Source of the DNA: Escherichia coli
Lineage (GTDB): Bacteria > Pseudomonadota > Gammaproteobacteria > Enterobacterales > Enterobacteriaceae
Strand: one strand, 5' to 3'
NCBI RefSeq assembly: GCF_003334765.1
Contig: NZ_QOWT01000141.1
Length of the DNA stretch: 327 nucleotides
The notes under the pieces were generated by a model. It was not told the origin of the DNA. It made no database searches and was given only the letters and a program-made list of their open reading frames with translations. Numbering within the stretch: the stretch's first letter is position 1; every line of letters starts with the position of its first letter. The position numbers were made by a program, and so were the translations under genes. Positions 1 to 327 of the stretch are shown here, in pieces.

Positions 1-327
1 TCCAGCTCCCTGAGTGATTGCCATGCGCCGCTGGTAGAACACATTCGCCAGGGCGTGGTTACCCGCATTTATACCTCTGGCCTGCGCGGTCCACTGGCGG
101 AAGAAATCTCCCGTGGTCTGCTGGCGGAACCGGTGCAAATCCACTCTCACGGCGGACGTGTGCATCTGGTACAGAGCGGCGAACTGAATATCGATGTGGC
201 TTTCCTCGGCGTCCCGTCCTGTGATGAATTCGGTAATGCCAACGGCTACTCCGGTAAAGCCTGCTGCGGCTCCCTCGGCTATGCAATGGTTGATGCCGAC
301 AACGCAAAACAGGTCGTGATGCTTACC
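1..327 (+). CDS. citF: Citrate lyase alpha subunit (citrate CoA-transferase), internal fragment; partial at both 5' and 3' ends, codon phase 0 at position 1
   Basis: Seen in sequence: frame 1 is open across all 109 codons with no stop, while the other two + frames contain stops (TGA 12-14 and TGA 222-224 in frame 3; TGA 11-13 and TAG 35-37 in frame 2). Codon usage is strongly biased toward enterobacterial preferred codons: Leu CTG in 8 of 11, Arg only CGC/CGT, Gly mostly GGC/GGT. The translation contains the segments HSHGGR and VAFLGVPSCDEFGNANGYSGKACCGSLGY, which I recall from the E. coli CitF protein, in the N-terminal third. The identification is from memory, not a database search. Sub-family assignment within the CitF/MdcA-type CoA-transferase family (citrate lyase versus malonate decarboxylase alpha subunit) would need an alignment to confirm. 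Confidence 0.8.

Noticed and set aside
23-37. ATG at 23-25 as a possible start codon
   Set aside because: It is in frame 2 and is followed by an in-frame TAG stop at 35-37 after four codons (M-R-R-W-stop). It is simply an out-of-frame ATG within the coding region.
94-129. 9-bp direct repeat CTGGCGGAA at 94-102 and 121-129
   Set aside because: Both copies are in frame and encode Leu-Ala-Glu within PLAEE and LLAEP. This is a coincidental codon-level repeat from preferred codon use, too short and too closely spaced to be a CRISPR repeat, a mobile-element repeat or a regulatory repeat.
18-224. 68-aa ORF on the + strand, frame 3, from the supplied track (TTG start, MPCAAGRTHSPGRG...)
   Set aside because: It lies entirely inside the frame-1 coding sequence. 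It begins at a TTG with no upstream intergenic space or ribosome-binding context. It uses rare AGA codons (nt 36-38 and 102-104) and yields an Arg/Pro/Gly-rich low-complexity peptide typical of off-frame translation of GC-rich coding DNA.
226-231. GAATTC (EcoRI site) hexamer palindrome
   Set aside because: This is an isolated 6-bp palindrome inside the coding sequence (codons for Glu-Phe). It has no flanking inverted-repeat extension or operator-like spacing, so it is most likely a chance occurrence.
59-307. 82-aa antisense ORF on the - strand from the supplied track (MRCRHQPLHSRGSRSR...)
   Set aside because: It is antisense to a gene in a clearly supported frame. Its translation is Arg/His/Ser-rich low-complexity sequence with no recognisable domain. 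Open antisense frames of this length are expected by chance in GC-rich coding sequence.
1-327. Possibility that the window holds a novel or undescribed system (defence island, mobile element, toxin-antitoxin pair, etc.)
   Set aside because: The entire window is filled by one continuous reading frame matching a well-known metabolic enzyme family. There is no intergenic region, no second gene, no repeat array and no compositional discontinuity to support such a claim.

Overview
The whole 327-bp window is an internal fragment of a single protein-coding gene on the + strand, in frame 1 (codons starting at position 1), with no stop codon and neither end of the gene present. Its 109-aa translation is SSSLSDCHAPLVEHIRQGVVTRIYTSGLRGPLAEEISRGLLAEPVQIHSHGGRVHLVQSGELNIDVAFLGVPSCDEFGNANGYSGKACCGSLGYAMVDADNAKQVVMLT. 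From memory, without a database search, I recognise this as the citrate lyase alpha subunit (citrate CoA-transferase, CitF) of Escherichia coli or a close enterobacterial relative. Codon usage in frame 1 is strongly enterobacterial: 8 of 11 Leu codons are CTG, all Arg codons are CGC/CGT, and there is no AGA/AGG. The two ORFs in the supplied track (18..224 + and 59..307 -) are off-frame or antisense artefacts of this GC-rich coding sequence. The window contains no promoter, terminator, RNA gene, mobile element, CRISPR repeat or intergenic DNA. I find no evidence of a novel or undescribed system here; this appears to be an ordinary core-metabolism gene fragment.
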